Part shown: positions 9,286 to 19,560 of the stretch, piece after piece | How the letters are laid out: each line of letters opens with the position of its first letter | How positions within the stretch are numbered: the first letter of the stretch is position 1 | NCBI GenBank assembly: GCA_963757935.1 | Contig: CAVWSZ010000002.1 | Coordinates: 823-64,822, forward strand | Direction: 5' to 3' | DNA length: 64,000 nt | Source: an uncultured Bacteroidales bacterium | Lineage (GTDB): Bacteria; Bacteroidota; Bacteroidia; Bacteroidales; VadinHA17 | Notes under the pieces: model-generated | The model's database searches: none | Told to the model about the DNA's origin: nothing | Seen by the model: the letters and a program-made list of their open reading frames with translations, nothing else | Made by a program: the position numbers and the translations under genes

Positions 9286-11670
9286 ATGAGACGAAGCGTA
9301 CTGATTATTTCGGCAGTTCTTTTTTCAGTCAGCCTGGCTGTTTCGGGGCAGAACGCCCGCAAATACATCAAGGCAGGTGAGGAGTTCATGAGAAACGGTA
9401 TGTATGAAGATGCCATCGACCAGTTCTCCAAGGCCGTGGATGAGGCTCCGACATCGGAGGAATCCTATATTATGAGAGCCAAGGCCTATGAATCAACAGG
9501 GAATTTCGGACTTGCCTGTGATGATTACAGAAGGGCAGTGAATTTTGTTCCGGGTGATGCAAGCGCACTTTACAACCTTGGCCGCATGTGCAATAAGCAG
9601 GCTCTTTCCGAAACTGCCTCCGCAGAAGAGAAAAGCAGTTTCTTTACGGAAGCTGTCAGCGTACTGAACAGGGCAATCAAGGCAGAATACCGAAACGGTA
9701 AACTCTATACTGAAAAAGTTGTGTCCCTGATCGGAATGGAACTGTGGGATAAGGCCCTGGGAGCCTCCGACACGGCCCTGCAGATGAGGGATGATGCCCT
9801 GAACTATTATTACCAGGGAATAATTTACCAGAAAATAAATGATGACATTACCGCAAGGCGCCAGCTGGAAAAAGCGGTCACAAAAGACAAATATCTTTCA
9901 GTTGCGCGGCTGGAGCTGGCAAGGCTCCTGACGAAACTGGGAGATGTTAACAGCGCAATGGGACAGTGCAATATGGTGATCCAGCAGGATGCAAAGAATG
10001 TGGATGCCTACCTCACCAGGGCCACCGTTTATGAGGCAAAGCTTGATTATCCCTCGGCAATAAATGATATCTCCACTGCAATACTTCTTGAACCTGCCCG
10101 TAATTCCCATTACATTAACAGGGGAGTCTATTACCAGAAGTTCAATCAGCATCTCGGAGCCATCAATGATTTTTCAAAAGCCCTGTCTCAGGACCCATCC
10201 CAGTCAGCTGTTTACCTTCTTCGTGCAAAATCGTACGAGGAGATAAATGATTTCGAAAAAGCGGCAGCTGATTACGGAAAGATTGTAGCAATGACCGAAA
10301 CAGGGTCTCAGGCTAAGAAGCTGCAGGCTGAAGCCAATGACAGACTGTTCATTATCAACCGTGAGACTGTAAGTCCTGATATATATATTGAGACTCCGAC
10401 AATTGTTTCAGGCCGGGAGATTGAAGTAGGACTCGACCGCAAGAGCGTTCTTGTATCCGGGAGAATAACCGATAAAAGCCTTCTGTCGGAGTTTACGATC
10501 AATGGTAAGCCTGTCCTGTATGAACGAAAGGCAGGATCATCGTCTTTCTCCGCCGAAGCGGAGATAACCGGTGACGAACAGGTGAGGATTGTAGCCCGTG
10601 ACGTCTATGACAATGAAAGTGTCCTGACCTACCGCATCAGGCGCACTGAGGTCGATGCTCCCGAGATAAGGATACTCGCGCCTTATCTTATTGCCGACGG
10701 CGTGCTTGCAATTGACAGCCTGGCCTCCAGGATAGACATCGAAGGCAAGGTGCTGGATCAGAACCTCATCAAATCGATAACAATTGAAAATGTAAATGCC
10801 CAGTACTCACTCGATAACCTCAATCCAAGTTTCATCGCCAAGGGAATAGATGTCAGGAATGATGACAAAATTACAATCCTGGTTGAAGACAGGTACGGCA
10901 ACCGCACGATACAGGAATATGCCCTGAACAGGCAGGGGACAACAATCAGTGAATCGAACCCGATGGGAAATACCCTGGTCATCTTCATTGAAAATTCTGA
11001 CTATCAAAATTTTGCCGGTCTCCAGGGTCCGCCGAAAGATGCGAATCTTGTCACAGGCGTGCTTGAAGAGAATTACCAGGTGCTGCCCATCCGGCGGCTG
11101 CGTAACCAGACCAAACAGCAGATGGAGAAGTTCTTCTCAATTGAGCTGCGCGATGAGGTCAGGGCCCGCAAGATCAAATCGCTGGTGATCTGGTTTGCAG
11201 GTCACGGCAAATTCATAAATGAGGTGGGCTACTGGATACCTGTGGATGCCCGTCGTGATGACGAATTTACATATTACAGTCTGAACACTCTCAGGGCTTC
11301 CATGGAGACCTACATGAATTATCTCACCCACGTTCTGGTAATCACTGATGCCTGCGAATCAGGCCCCAGCTTCTACCAGGCCATGAGGGCTGATATGAAG
11401 CCGAGGAACTGTGCTGACTGGACTGCCACCCAGTTCAAATCGAGCCAGGTGTTTTCATCGGCAGGTTATGAGCTTGCCGTCGATGATTCACAGTTTACGC
11501 GCACCTTCGTGAGTGCCCTGCGCGGCAATCCCAACACTTGCATCTCGATAGAGGAAATCGTTACCCAGGTGACCAGGGCAGTGACCCTGAACAATCTTCA
11601 AAAACCAAAGTTTGGAAGGATTACCGGTCTTAAGGATGAAGACGGCACCTTCTTCTTCATAAAGAAATAG
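9286..11670 (+). CDS. Exported TPR-repeat protein with a C-terminal caspase-like (peptidase C14) domain
   Basis: Signal peptide MRRSVLIISAVLFSVSLAVSG-Q; many TPRs; two Ig-like beta-rich repeats (PDIYIETP / PEIRILAP); catalytic motifs WFAGHG and ITDACESG. Confidence 0.85.
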   Translation: MRRSVLIISAVLFSVSLAVSGQNARKYIKAGEEFMRNGMYEDAIDQFSKAVDEAPTSEESYIMRAKAYESTGNFGLACDDYRRAVNFVPGDASALYNLGRMCNKQALSETASAEEKSSFFTEAVSVLNRAIKAEYRNGKLYTEKVVSLIGMELWDKALGASDTALQMRDDALNYYYQGIIYQKINDDITARRQLEKAVTKDKYLSVARLELARLLTKLGDVNSAMGQCNMVIQQDAKNVDAYLTRATVYEAKLDYPSAINDISTAILLEPARNSHYINRGVYYQKFNQHLGAINDFSKALSQDPSQSAVYLLRAKSYEEINDFEKAAADYGKIVAMTETGSQAKKLQAEANDRLFIINRETVSPDIYIETPTIVSGREIEVGLDRKSVLVSGRITDKSLLSEFTINGKPVLYERKAGSSSFSAEAEITGDEQVRIVARDVYDNESVLTYRIRRTEVDAPEIRILAPYLIADGVLAIDSLASRIDIEGKVLDQNLIKSITIENVNAQYSLDNLNPSFIAKGIDVRNDDKITILVEDRYGNRTIQEYALNRQGTTISESNPMGNTLVIFIENSDYQNFAGLQGPPKDANLVTGVLEENYQVLPIRRLRNQTKQQMEKFFSIELRDEVRARKIKSLVIWFAGHGKFINEVGYWIPVDARRDDEFTYYSLNTLRASMETYMNYLTHVLVITDACESGPSFYQAMRADMKPRNCADWTATQFKSSQVFSSAGYELAVDDSQFTRTFVSALRGNPNTCISIEEIVTQVTRAVTLNNLQKPKFGRITGLKDEDGTFFFIKK

Positions 11671-11674
11671 CCTG

Positions 11675-14600
11675 ATGCAGGGAGGCAGAAGCATTTTTTC
11701 ACTTTTTATTTTCAGGACTCTTGCAGGGCTGCTTTGCCTGATAACTGTTTCCGTCCGCCAGGCTGACGGGCAGAAATATTTCTTCGAGCGTTACAGTTCC
11801 AAGGAAGGCCTCAGTGCATCCAAGGTCTATACGATGATCCAGGATGCCAATGATTTCGTATGGCTGGGCACCGGCAGCGGGGCGACTCGTTTTGACGGCA
11901 CCGAGTTTGAAAATTTCACCTCCTCCAACGGGTTGGCTCCCGGAGGGGTAAAGAGCATTCTCGAAGACAGCCGCGGTCGCCTCTGGCTCGGACATATGGG
12001 AGGCGGACTTACAATCTTTGAAGGGGATAAATTTCAAAGGGCATCCTTTTCAGAATCAGTCTTCTCAGGCATTGACTCACTGACCTCCTCGGGCACTGAA
12101 GCCGGGTTTTTCAATGTCAACGGTGACATAACAGGCATCAGGGAATTTGACGGGTATATCTGGATTGCAACCTCCCTGGGCGGGGCCCTGAGAATTGACA
12201 ATCCCGAACCGGGTGTAACTGTCCTGTCAGGCAAACAGTATCTCGGCCGTGAAGGACTCAGCAATGACGCTTTCGGATTTTATACAGGCAGATCGGGAAA
12301 CCTGTACTGCATTACCGACGTAGGAATAAGAAAGTACAATTACAGCACAGACAGGTTCGATCTGTACAGTCCCCCGGGCCTGACGAAATATTTTCTGACG
12401 ATAATGATGTTCGAGGATTCGCGGGGCAATATGTGGTTCGGAACCCATAACGGCGGTTTGTACAGGCTCAGCGGAAAAACAGGGGAAATAACTATTTATG
12501 ATACCAGGAACGGGCTGTGGGGTAACTTTGTGACTTATATTACCGAGGACTACCGGGGCAACATCTGGGCTTCATCAATGGAAGACTGGGAGAGCCGCGG
12601 AGGCATCACAGTCATTTCTCCCGAAGGTACTGTGGTCTACAACGCCGGCAACGGGTTGCAGGCTCAGCATATTCTCGGCATGCTCGAGGACAAGGAAAAA
12701 AATATGCTCATCGCTGACCGTGATGCAGGTCTGTTTATATACAAGGGAGATCATTTCACATCCTTCTCCGCACCCGCATTTCTGCCATCCAGTGATGTCA
12801 CCGCAATCGCCCAGGATGCCTCAGGCCAGTACTGGTTCGGAACGCGTAACGGCCTTGCGCTCTATGACCCGCAAAAAAAAGAGGGGGAGAGAGTTAAGAT
12901 GTCAGGCTTTTCACCTACTCTCGAAGGCAGCCAGATAAACATGATCAGGCCTGATCAGGCAGGGCATGTGTGGGTAGTCACAGCCAGTGATGAAGTGATC
13001 AGGTACGATATTAGCGAGGGTTCATTCCGGTACGATCTCGGACTTAATGCAAATCTTCAGTCGATGAGGATATCGGCAATAACCACAGACAAAAATGACA
13101 ACCTCTGGATAGGAACTGACAAGGCGCTGATAATGTGGGATGACCGGCAGAAGGAGGGCAGAACCTATACACAGATAAACGGTCTGACAGGCAACAGCAT
13201 AACAGCTTTGTACCCTGACAGCCTGGGTGTCCTGTGGGTAGGCACCGAGGTACGGAACGGACTTTCAAAACTTATGCCGGAAACACGGACTTTTGTTCCG
13301 GTGAAGTTCGGGGCTGATTTCATGCCGGTATCCATTACCGGAACATCTGACGGAACGATATGGGTTGGGACAATCGACGGCCTCTACGGCATCAGGGCTG
13401 ACACTGTCTGGAGAAGATTCTCAGAGGCAGACGGATTGCTGATGAACTCAATAAACCTGCTTCAGCCTGACAGGGAGGGAAATCTCTATGCGGGTACCAA
13501 CCTGGGTCTCAACAGGTATGACATTAATACAGGTAAGATTTCCTCATTTACCGGGCGGAACGGATTCACAGGCATCGAAACCCGCCAGAATGCTTCATTC
13601 ATTGACAGTCAGGGAGACCTCTGGTTCGGGACCTCAAACGGCGCGATAAGACTCTGCCCTTCGAAGCTTCCGCCGGTAGTCACCGAGCCGGCAACGCACA
13701 TCTGGCGCACAATGGTCAACCTGAAACCCTACCCGATATACAACGGAATGCGCCTGACCCACACACAGAGAAGGATCGACTTTGACTTTTTAAGCATCTG
13801 CCTTGTAAACCCTGAAACAGTCAGGTACCAGTATATGCTTGTGGGGTCTGACAGCGACTGGATCTTTGCGGACCAGTCACAGACCTCTGCATCGTATTCG
13901 TCACTCAGTCCCGGTAAATATACCTTCAGGGTAAAAGCTTCCAACAATTACGGATACTGGAATGAAAATCCCGTCGAACTGAGTTTCGTAATTACTACTC
14001 CTTTTTACAAGACCGCGTGGTTCATCTTATTCGCCATCCTGATCTTTGCCGGGGCAATATATTCCTACATCAGGCTGCGGGAGCAGGTGCTGCTAAGGGA
14101 GAAGGAACATCTTGAGGAAAAGATCGAGGAGAGAACCGCCGAAGTTGTTACAAAGAGCATCGAACTGGAGGAGAAGAACAGGGATATAACCGCCAGCATC
14201 AGGTATGCCGAGCGCATCCAGGCAGCCATGTTGCCTCCCGAGAATTTCTTCAATGACACTTTTGTGCTGTTTTTGCCCAAGGATATTGTAAGCGGTGATT
14301 TCTACTGGATGTATGACAGCGGGTTCAGGCAGTATATTGCAGCAGTAGACTGCACAGGTCACGGTGTACCTGGTGCATTTATGTCGATTATCGGGCATAA
14401 CTCACTCAATAAAATTGTCAGGGAGAGTGGCATAACGAGGCCTTCCGAGATACTTGACCATCTGAATATCGAAGTTGTTCACGCCCTTCTTCAGAGAAGC
14501 GAAAAGGCAGTTCGTGACGGCATGGACATATCCCTGATTTCATATGACATTCTTGAACACTTTGTCGAGTATGCCGGCGCATACCAGCCACTGTATCACG

Positions 14601-14926
14601 TCAGGGAAGGCAAGGTTACAATCTACAGGGCTGACCGTTTCCCCATCGGCATGATCGACGGACAGGCAAAGAAGATTTTTACCAACCACAGGGTGAATGT
14701 CATGAAAGGCGATATGCTCTACATTTTTACTGACGGTTTTGCCGACCAGTTTGGGGGAGAGGATGAGAAGAAATTCAAGACTATTAATATAAGGTCACTG
14801 CTTGCAGAGATCTACAGTCTCCCTGTAGACGAGCAGAAGAGGCAGCTCGATAAGGCCATCAGGGAGTGGATGGGTGACATCCCCCAGGTTGATGATATTC
14901 TGTTTATCGGTACGCGGGTGCCTTAA
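11675..14926 (+). CDS. Transmembrane sensor: beta-propeller (Reg_prop) + Y_Y_Y + TM + SpoIIE/PP2C phosphatase
   Basis: Repeated DxxGxxWxGT units, YQYML..YSSLSPGKYTFRV, TM helix, PKDIVSGDFYW, AVDCTGHGVPGA, TDGFADQFGG, QVDDIL. Confidence 0.88.
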   Translation: MQGGRSIFSLFIFRTLAGLLCLITVSVRQADGQKYFFERYSSKEGLSASKVYTMIQDANDFVWLGTGSGATRFDGTEFENFTSSNGLAPGGVKSILEDSRGRLWLGHMGGGLTIFEGDKFQRASFSESVFSGIDSLTSSGTEAGFFNVNGDITGIREFDGYIWIATSLGGALRIDNPEPGVTVLSGKQYLGREGLSNDAFGFYTGRSGNLYCITDVGIRKYNYSTDRFDLYSPPGLTKYFLTIMMFEDSRGNMWFGTHNGGLYRLSGKTGEITIYDTRNGLWGNFVTYITEDYRGNIWASSMEDWESRGGITVISPEGTVVYNAGNGLQAQHILGMLEDKEKNMLIADRDAGLFIYKGDHFTSFSAPAFLPSSDVTAIAQDASGQYWFGTRNGLALYDPQKKEGERVKMSGFSPTLEGSQINMIRPDQAGHVWVVTASDEVIRYDISEGSFRYDLGLNANLQSMRISAITTDKNDNLWIGTDKALIMWDDRQKEGRTYTQINGLTGNSITALYPDSLGVLWVGTEVRNGLSKLMPETRTFVPVKFGADFMPVSITGTSDGTIWVGTIDGLYGIRADTVWRRFSEADGLLMNSINLLQPDREGNLYAGTNLGLNRYDINTGKISSFTGRNGFTGIETRQNASFIDSQGDLWFGTSNGAIRLCPSKLPPVVTEPATHIWRTMVNLKPYPIYNGMRLTHTQRRIDFDFLSICLVNPETVRYQYMLVGSDSDWIFADQSQTSASYSSLSPGKYTFRVKASNNYGYWNENPVELSFVITTPFYKTAWFILFAILIFAGAIYSYIRLREQVLLREKEHLEEKIEERTAEVVTKSIELEEKNRDITASIRYAERIQAAMLPPENFFNDTFVLFLPKDIVSGDFYWMYDSGFRQYIAAVDCTGHGVPGAFMSIIGHNSLNKIVRESGITRPSEILDHLNIEVVHALLQRSEKAVRDGMDISLISYDILEHFVEYAGAYQPLYHVREGKVTIYRADRFPIGMIDGQAKKIFTNHRVNVMKGDMLYIFTDGFADQFGGEDEKKFKTINIRSLLAEIYSLPVDEQKRQLDKAIREWMGDIPQVDDILFIGTRVP

Positions 14927-14928
14927 TA

Positions 14929-15504
14929 TCAGATCCGGGCTATAACCTTCGGATCAGCGTGCCAGCCGGTGTAGTTGAGAATTGCCGGCACCACTTCCTC
15001 AGCGGTGGTGACAATCTGCCAGATGTCCTTGTGTTCGAGCCTCATGAAATGACCGCGCACCATATGCTCGAAGAATTCTATCAGATGGTCGTAGAATCCG
15101 TTGACATTCACTATGATTATGGGTTTGTTGAACTGTCCCAGCTGTTTCAGGGTTATCACCTCCGTCAGTTCCTCCAGTGTACCTACTCCGCCCGGCAGAG
15201 CCACGGCGGCGTCAGACATCGCGAAGATTGTCTTCTTCCTCTCTGACATGTCAGCAGTTATAATCATATCCCTGACTCCGCTGTGTCCCCAGCCCTCGTC
15301 AGTCATGAATCCGGGTATCACGCCGGTGACCTCACCGCCGGCTTCCAGCATGGCGTCAGCGAATATCCCCATTAGGCCTATCCCGCCGCCACCGTATACC
15401 CCGTGCACCTTCTCGGCTGCAAAGCAACGGCCAAGGCCGGCTGCCACAACACCGTACGCCGGATCAATACGGCTGCTTGAAGCCGCAAATACGCATACTC
15501 TCAT
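14929..15504 (-). CDS. LOG-family nucleotide phosphoribohydrolase (TIGR00730-type)
   Basis: VYGGGGIGLMG, MSERK, PGGVGTLEE motifs. Confidence 0.9.
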   Translation of the reverse strand: MRVCVFAASSSRIDPAYGVVAAGLGRCFAAEKVHGVYGGGGIGLMGIFADAMLEAGGEVTGVIPGFMTDEGWGHSGVRDMIITADMSERKKTIFAMSDAAVALPGGVGTLEELTEVITLKQLGQFNKPIIIVNVNGFYDHLIEFFEHMVRGHFMRLEHKDIWQIVTTAEEVVPAILNYTGWHADPKVIARI

Positions 15505-15507
15505 CCG

Positions 15508-15825
15508 TTAAAGAAGGGGAGTGAGTTTGGATTCGAAAGCTGATTTGGCAGCAGCACCAACCTGCTTGTCAACAATCTGGCCACCTTTGAAATAGAGCAC
15601 GGTGGGGATATTCCTGATCATGAACCTGCGGGCAACATCCGGTGACGAATCAACGTCGCACTTGACAACAAGAGCCTGATCCTTGTACTGTTCTCCCAAC
15701 TGCTCGATGAAAGGGCCGATCATCCTGCAGGGACCGCACCATTCAGCCCAGAAATCAACTATTACCGGTTTTTCCGATTTAAGTACAACCTCATCAAAAT
15801 TCTTGTCGTTAACTTCTTGTGCCAT
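15508..15825 (-). CDS. trxA: Thioredoxin
   Basis: DFWAEWCGPC, IRNIPT. Confidence 0.97.
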   Translation of the reverse strand: MAQEVNDKNFDEVVLKSEKPVIVDFWAEWCGPCRMIGPFIEQLGEQYKDQALVVKCDVDSSPDVARRFMIRNIPTVLYFKGGQIVDKQVGAAAKSAFESKLTPLL

Positions 15826-15873
15826 AATGCATTAATATTATATTGTTAAATAATTTCAGAAAGTCAAAGATAC

Positions 15874-18800
15874 CTAATTTACTTTGAAATCCAGTTCCGG
15901 ATTGTCTTCAATCCATCCGATAAGTTCATTCGTTATTCCTGCCCTGATGCTTCGTGAGAAGAGCGGAAGGGTTATTTTATCTTCGTGATCGATAAGGAGG
16001 ATCTTCAGTATTTTATTTCCGGGGTTTTCCTTGATTATAGTCTTGAGATTGGCGATGAACTCATTGTTTATCATCCCTGTTTTTATCCTTATAGTAATCG
16101 AGTTAATAAGGTCGTCTCTCACACTCGAGAGCAGATGAATCTCCTTGATCTTTAATTCAAGTTCTTCGGGATTAAAGTGTCTGCCCTGCACTTTGCCCTT
16201 AACAAGCAGATGATAGTCAGTTACGAAGAAATTGCTGAGTGCCACATAATCCTTGTCAAACATGAGGAACGTGAAAGAATCAGTATAGTCCTGCAGTGTG
16301 AATCCGCCGAAAGGTTTGCCGTTTTTCGTTATCCCGCTCCGTGTCTCTGTGACAATACCTGCAACGCATACCTCCCTGTCTGCAAACTCGTTAAGATTCT
16401 GCAGGTCAGCCAGGGTTGCATTGCAGAAGGTGTTTATCTCCAGCTTGTATTCATCGAGGGGATGGGAAGAGAGATAGATTCCAATCACCTGTTTTTCCTT
16501 ATTGAGTTTTTCCAGTTTACTCCAGTCGGGGCAGGGGGACGGTTCAGGCTTCACAACGTCGAAGCCGCCGCTGTCACCGAAGAGAGACTGCATGCTGCTG
16601 TTACGGAGGTTTTTCACGTTGGAACCGTACCGTATAAGGCTTTCGAGGAAACTTGATCCCTTGCCGTCAGCTGAGAAATACTGTGCCCTGGTAGTGCCCG
16701 GCAGGCCGTCAAGTGCACCTGACACCGCCATTGCCTCCAGCATCTTCTTGTTGACAGTGTTAAGATTGGATCTCTCAACAAGGTTGTAGATATCGGTAAA
16801 GGGACCGTCCTTTTCCCTCTCCTCGATAAGGTGAAGTACGGCATTCTCACCCACTCCCTTTATCGCACCGAGGCCGAACCTGATTTTCCCCTTTTTGTTG
16901 ACTGTAAACTGCAGGAAGCTCTCATTCACATCCGGACCCAGAACCTCGATGCCCATGCGCCTGGTCTCCTCCATCATCACTGTAATCTTCTTGATATCAC
17001 TGATGTTGCGGCTCAGCACCGCTGCCATGAATTCAGCAGGATAATTGGCCTTGAGCCAGCCTGTCTGATAGGCTATCATCGCATAGCATGTAGAATGAGA
17101 CTTGTTGAAGGCATATTCTGCAAAAGCCTCCCAGTCAGACCATATCTTGTTTATGATGCCAATTTCATAACCGTTCTTCTGGCAGCCCTCTACAAACTGG
17201 ACCTTCAGTTTGTCCATTATGTCCCTCTTCTTCTTACCCATGGCTTTGCGGAGAGAGTCAGCCTGTCCTTTTGTAAACCCGGCCAGTTCCTGCGAGAGAA
17301 GCATCACCTGTTCCTGGTAAACTGTAATACCGTAGGTTTCCTGCAGGTACTTCTCCATTGCCGGAAGCTCGTATTTCAGCGTCTCCCGGCCGTGTTTGCG
17401 CTTTATAAACTGCGGGATGTATTCCATGGGTCCCGGGCGGTAGAGGGCGTTCATGGCCACCAGGTCACCGAACTGGTTCGGTTTGAGCTCGCGCAGATAC
17501 CGTTTCATCCCGATGGATTCGAACTGGAAGACACCCGTTGTCTCGGCGTTGCTGAACAGCTCGTAGGTTCGCTGGTCATCCAGGGCCAGGGTATCAAGAT
17601 CGATTGTAATCCCTTTCGACTTCCTGACGTTTTCGATGGCATCCTTCAGGATTGACAGAGTCTTCAGTCCGAGGAAGTCCATCTTGAGCAGGCCTACAGA
17701 CTCCACATAGTTACCTTCGTACTGGGTGACATAGAGGTCAGTGTCTTTGGCGGTGCAGATAGGGATATAATCGTCAAGGCGGTCCTTGGTTATTATTATT
17801 CCGCAGGCATGGACACCTGTCTGACGAACGCTTCCCTCCAGTACCTCGGCATATTTAAGTGTCTGCGATACAAGTGTATCCTTCGAGTTTTTTTCCTTCA
17901 GCAGTTCCGGCACTTCCTCGTAGGCTGTTGCAAGTGTCATTCCCGGTTTGTCAGGCACGAGTTTGGTGAGCCTTATTGCTTCGGGAAGGGGCAGTTTCTG
18001 TACCCTGGCAACATCCCTGATGGCCATTTTGGCGGCCATTGTGCCGAATGTAATTATATGTGCCACGCGGTCGTGGCCGTATTTGTCAACCACATACCTG
18101 AATACTTTTTCACGGCCGTCTTCATCGAAATCGATGTCAATGTCAGGCATCGAGATGCGGTCAGGATTCAGAAACCTTTCGAACAGGAGATTGTATTTTA
18201 TAGGATCGATATCTGTAATGCGGAGACAGTAGGCTACAGCACTTCCTGCAGCCGATCCCCGTCCCGGGCCGATCCAGACACCCATTTCGCGTGCCGCCCT
18301 GAGAAAATCCTGCACGATGAGGAAGTACCCGGGGAACCCCATGCTCTTAATTACATTCAGCTCAAAATCGATGCGTTCCTGCAATTCCGCGTCAATTTTC
18401 CCCCAGCGCATGACAGCGCCCTCCATTGTAAGGTGCCGCAGGTATTCGTCCTTGTCGCTGAATCCTTCGGGCAGTGTAAACTCGGGCATGATAGGTTCAC
18501 TGCCGAGTGAATAGTTCTCTACCTTTTCTGCCAACCCTGCGGTGTTACTGACTGCCTCGGTAAGGTCAGGGAATATTGCAAGCATCTCTGCTTCGCTCTT
18601 GAGGTACTCCTGCTTTGTATACCTGAGACGTTTGGGATCGTCAATGTCAGTGGCAGTATTTATGCATATCAGCCTGTCATGCGCTTCTGCCTCGTCAGCC
18701 ATGACGAAATGGACGTCATTTGTGGCGATGATCTTTACATTGTGTTTTGCCGCCAGTTCCCGATAGGCGGCAATCACTCTCTGCTGCAGCGGGAAGACTG

Positions 18801-19359
18801 TGACGTCGGCTGACGGGTCCGAGGTCTCATGTCTCTGCACCTCGAGGTAATAGTCGTCACCGAACATCTCCTTGTATGATAGAAGTGCCTCCTCTGCGCC
18901 TTTCATGTTTCCGGAAAGGACCTCCTGTGCAGTCTCTCCTGCGATGCATGCTGATGACACTATCAGGCCTTCACGGTGTTTACGGAGCAGCTCCTTGTCT
19001 ATCCTGGGCTTGTAGTAAAAGCCTTTTATCCAGGCCTGCGAGATAAGCTTCACCAGGTTCCGGTATCCCGCCTTGTTTTTGGCAAGCACAATCAGATGGT
19101 CACCGGAACGGTCTTCGCGCGAAGTCTTTTCCTCCATGCTGCCGCGCGCAACATATATCTCACATCCGATAATGGGTTTTATGCCGGCGTTGCAGGCAGC
19201 ATCATGAAACTCTTTTACGCCGAACATGTTGCCGTGATCGGTGATCGCAAGTGCATCCATACCCAGCTCCTTCGCCCTTTTCATGAGGGCCTTTATCCCT
19301 GATGCCCCGTCGAGAATAGAGTACTGTGTGTGTACGTGCAGATGAGTGAAAGAGGACAT
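15874..19359 (-). CDS. dnaE: DNA polymerase III alpha subunit
   Basis: PHP domain HLHVHTQYS/TDHG, GPGRGSAAGS, MPDIDIDF, YAFNKSH. Confidence 0.98.
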   Translation of the reverse strand: MSSFTHLHVHTQYSILDGASGIKALMKRAKELGMDALAITDHGNMFGVKEFHDAACNAGIKPIIGCEIYVARGSMEEKTSREDRSGDHLIVLAKNKAGYRNLVKLISQAWIKGFYYKPRIDKELLRKHREGLIVSSACIAGETAQEVLSGNMKGAEEALLSYKEMFGDDYYLEVQRHETSDPSADVTVFPLQQRVIAAYRELAAKHNVKIIATNDVHFVMADEAEAHDRLICINTATDIDDPKRLRYTKQEYLKSEAEMLAIFPDLTEAVSNTAGLAEKVENYSLGSEPIMPEFTLPEGFSDKDEYLRHLTMEGAVMRWGKIDAELQERIDFELNVIKSMGFPGYFLIVQDFLRAAREMGVWIGPGRGSAAGSAVAYCLRITDIDPIKYNLLFERFLNPDRISMPDIDIDFDEDGREKVFRYVVDKYGHDRVAHIITFGTMAAKMAIRDVARVQKLPLPEAIRLTKLVPDKPGMTLATAYEEVPELLKEKNSKDTLVSQTLKYAEVLEGSVRQTGVHACGIIITKDRLDDYIPICTAKDTDLYVTQYEGNYVESVGLLKMDFLGLKTLSILKDAIENVRKSKGITIDLDTLALDDQRTYELFSNAETTGVFQFESIGMKRYLRELKPNQFGDLVAMNALYRPGPMEYIPQFIKRKHGRETLKYELPAMEKYLQETYGITVYQEQVMLLSQELAGFTKGQADSLRKAMGKKKRDIMDKLKVQFVEGCQKNGYEIGIINKIWSDWEAFAEYAFNKSHSTCYAMIAYQTGWLKANYPAEFMAAVLSRNISDIKKITVMMEETRRMGIEVLGPDVNESFLQFTVNKKGKIRFGLGAIKGVGENAVLHLIEEREKDGPFTDIYNLVERSNLNTVNKKMLEAMAVSGALDGLPGTTRAQYFSADGKGSSFLESLIRYGSNVKNLRNSSMQSLFGDSGGFDVVKPEPSPCPDWSKLEKLNKEKQVIGIYLSSHPLDEYKLEINTFCNATLADLQNLNEFADREVCVAGIVTETRSGITKNGKPFGGFTLQDYTDSFTFLMFDKDYVALSNFFVTDYHLLVKGKVQGRHFNPEELELKIKEIHLLSSVRDDLINSITIRIKTGMINNEFIANLKTIIKENPGNKILKILLIDHEDKITLPLFSRSIRAGITNELIGWIEDNPELDFKVN

Positions 19360-19404
19360 TTACAAGGGATCTTACTGAATAACCGGAACTGATTTCGAAT
19401 GGAA

Positions 19405-19412
19405 CAAAAGTA
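19405..19412 (-). promoter_or_regulatory. -7 promoter element for dnaE-trxA-LOG
   Basis: TACTTTTG on the minus strand, 45 bp upstream of dnaE. Confidence 0.55.
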
Positions 19413-19483
19413 AAGAAAAGGATGTTTTCCCTGTACTTTTTTTATCAACACAGGTGTAACAGAAATCGATGCCGGGAAATATT

Positions 19484-19514
19484 TTTGCAACATGGATTTA
19501 TTATAATATCTTTG
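19484..19514 (+). promoter_or_regulatory. Bacteroidota sigma-A promoter of rpsP-rimM
   Basis: TTTG (19484-87), 19-nt spacer, TATCTTTG (19507-14): full -33/-7 consensus. Confidence 0.8.
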
Positions 19515-19560
19515 CACCCTCATATTTAAAACCATAGATTAATAAAAAAAACTTATTTGA

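Noticed and set aside
14929-15504. LOG protein as part of a caspase-linked defence system
   Set aside because: It is on the opposite strand, at the end of the housekeeping dnaE-trxA operon; adjacency alone is not evidence.
16177-18766. Long plus-strand ORFs antisense to dnaE (and similar shadow ORFs elsewhere)
   Set aside because: They are shadow frames of a strongly supported gene and show no recognisable motifs.
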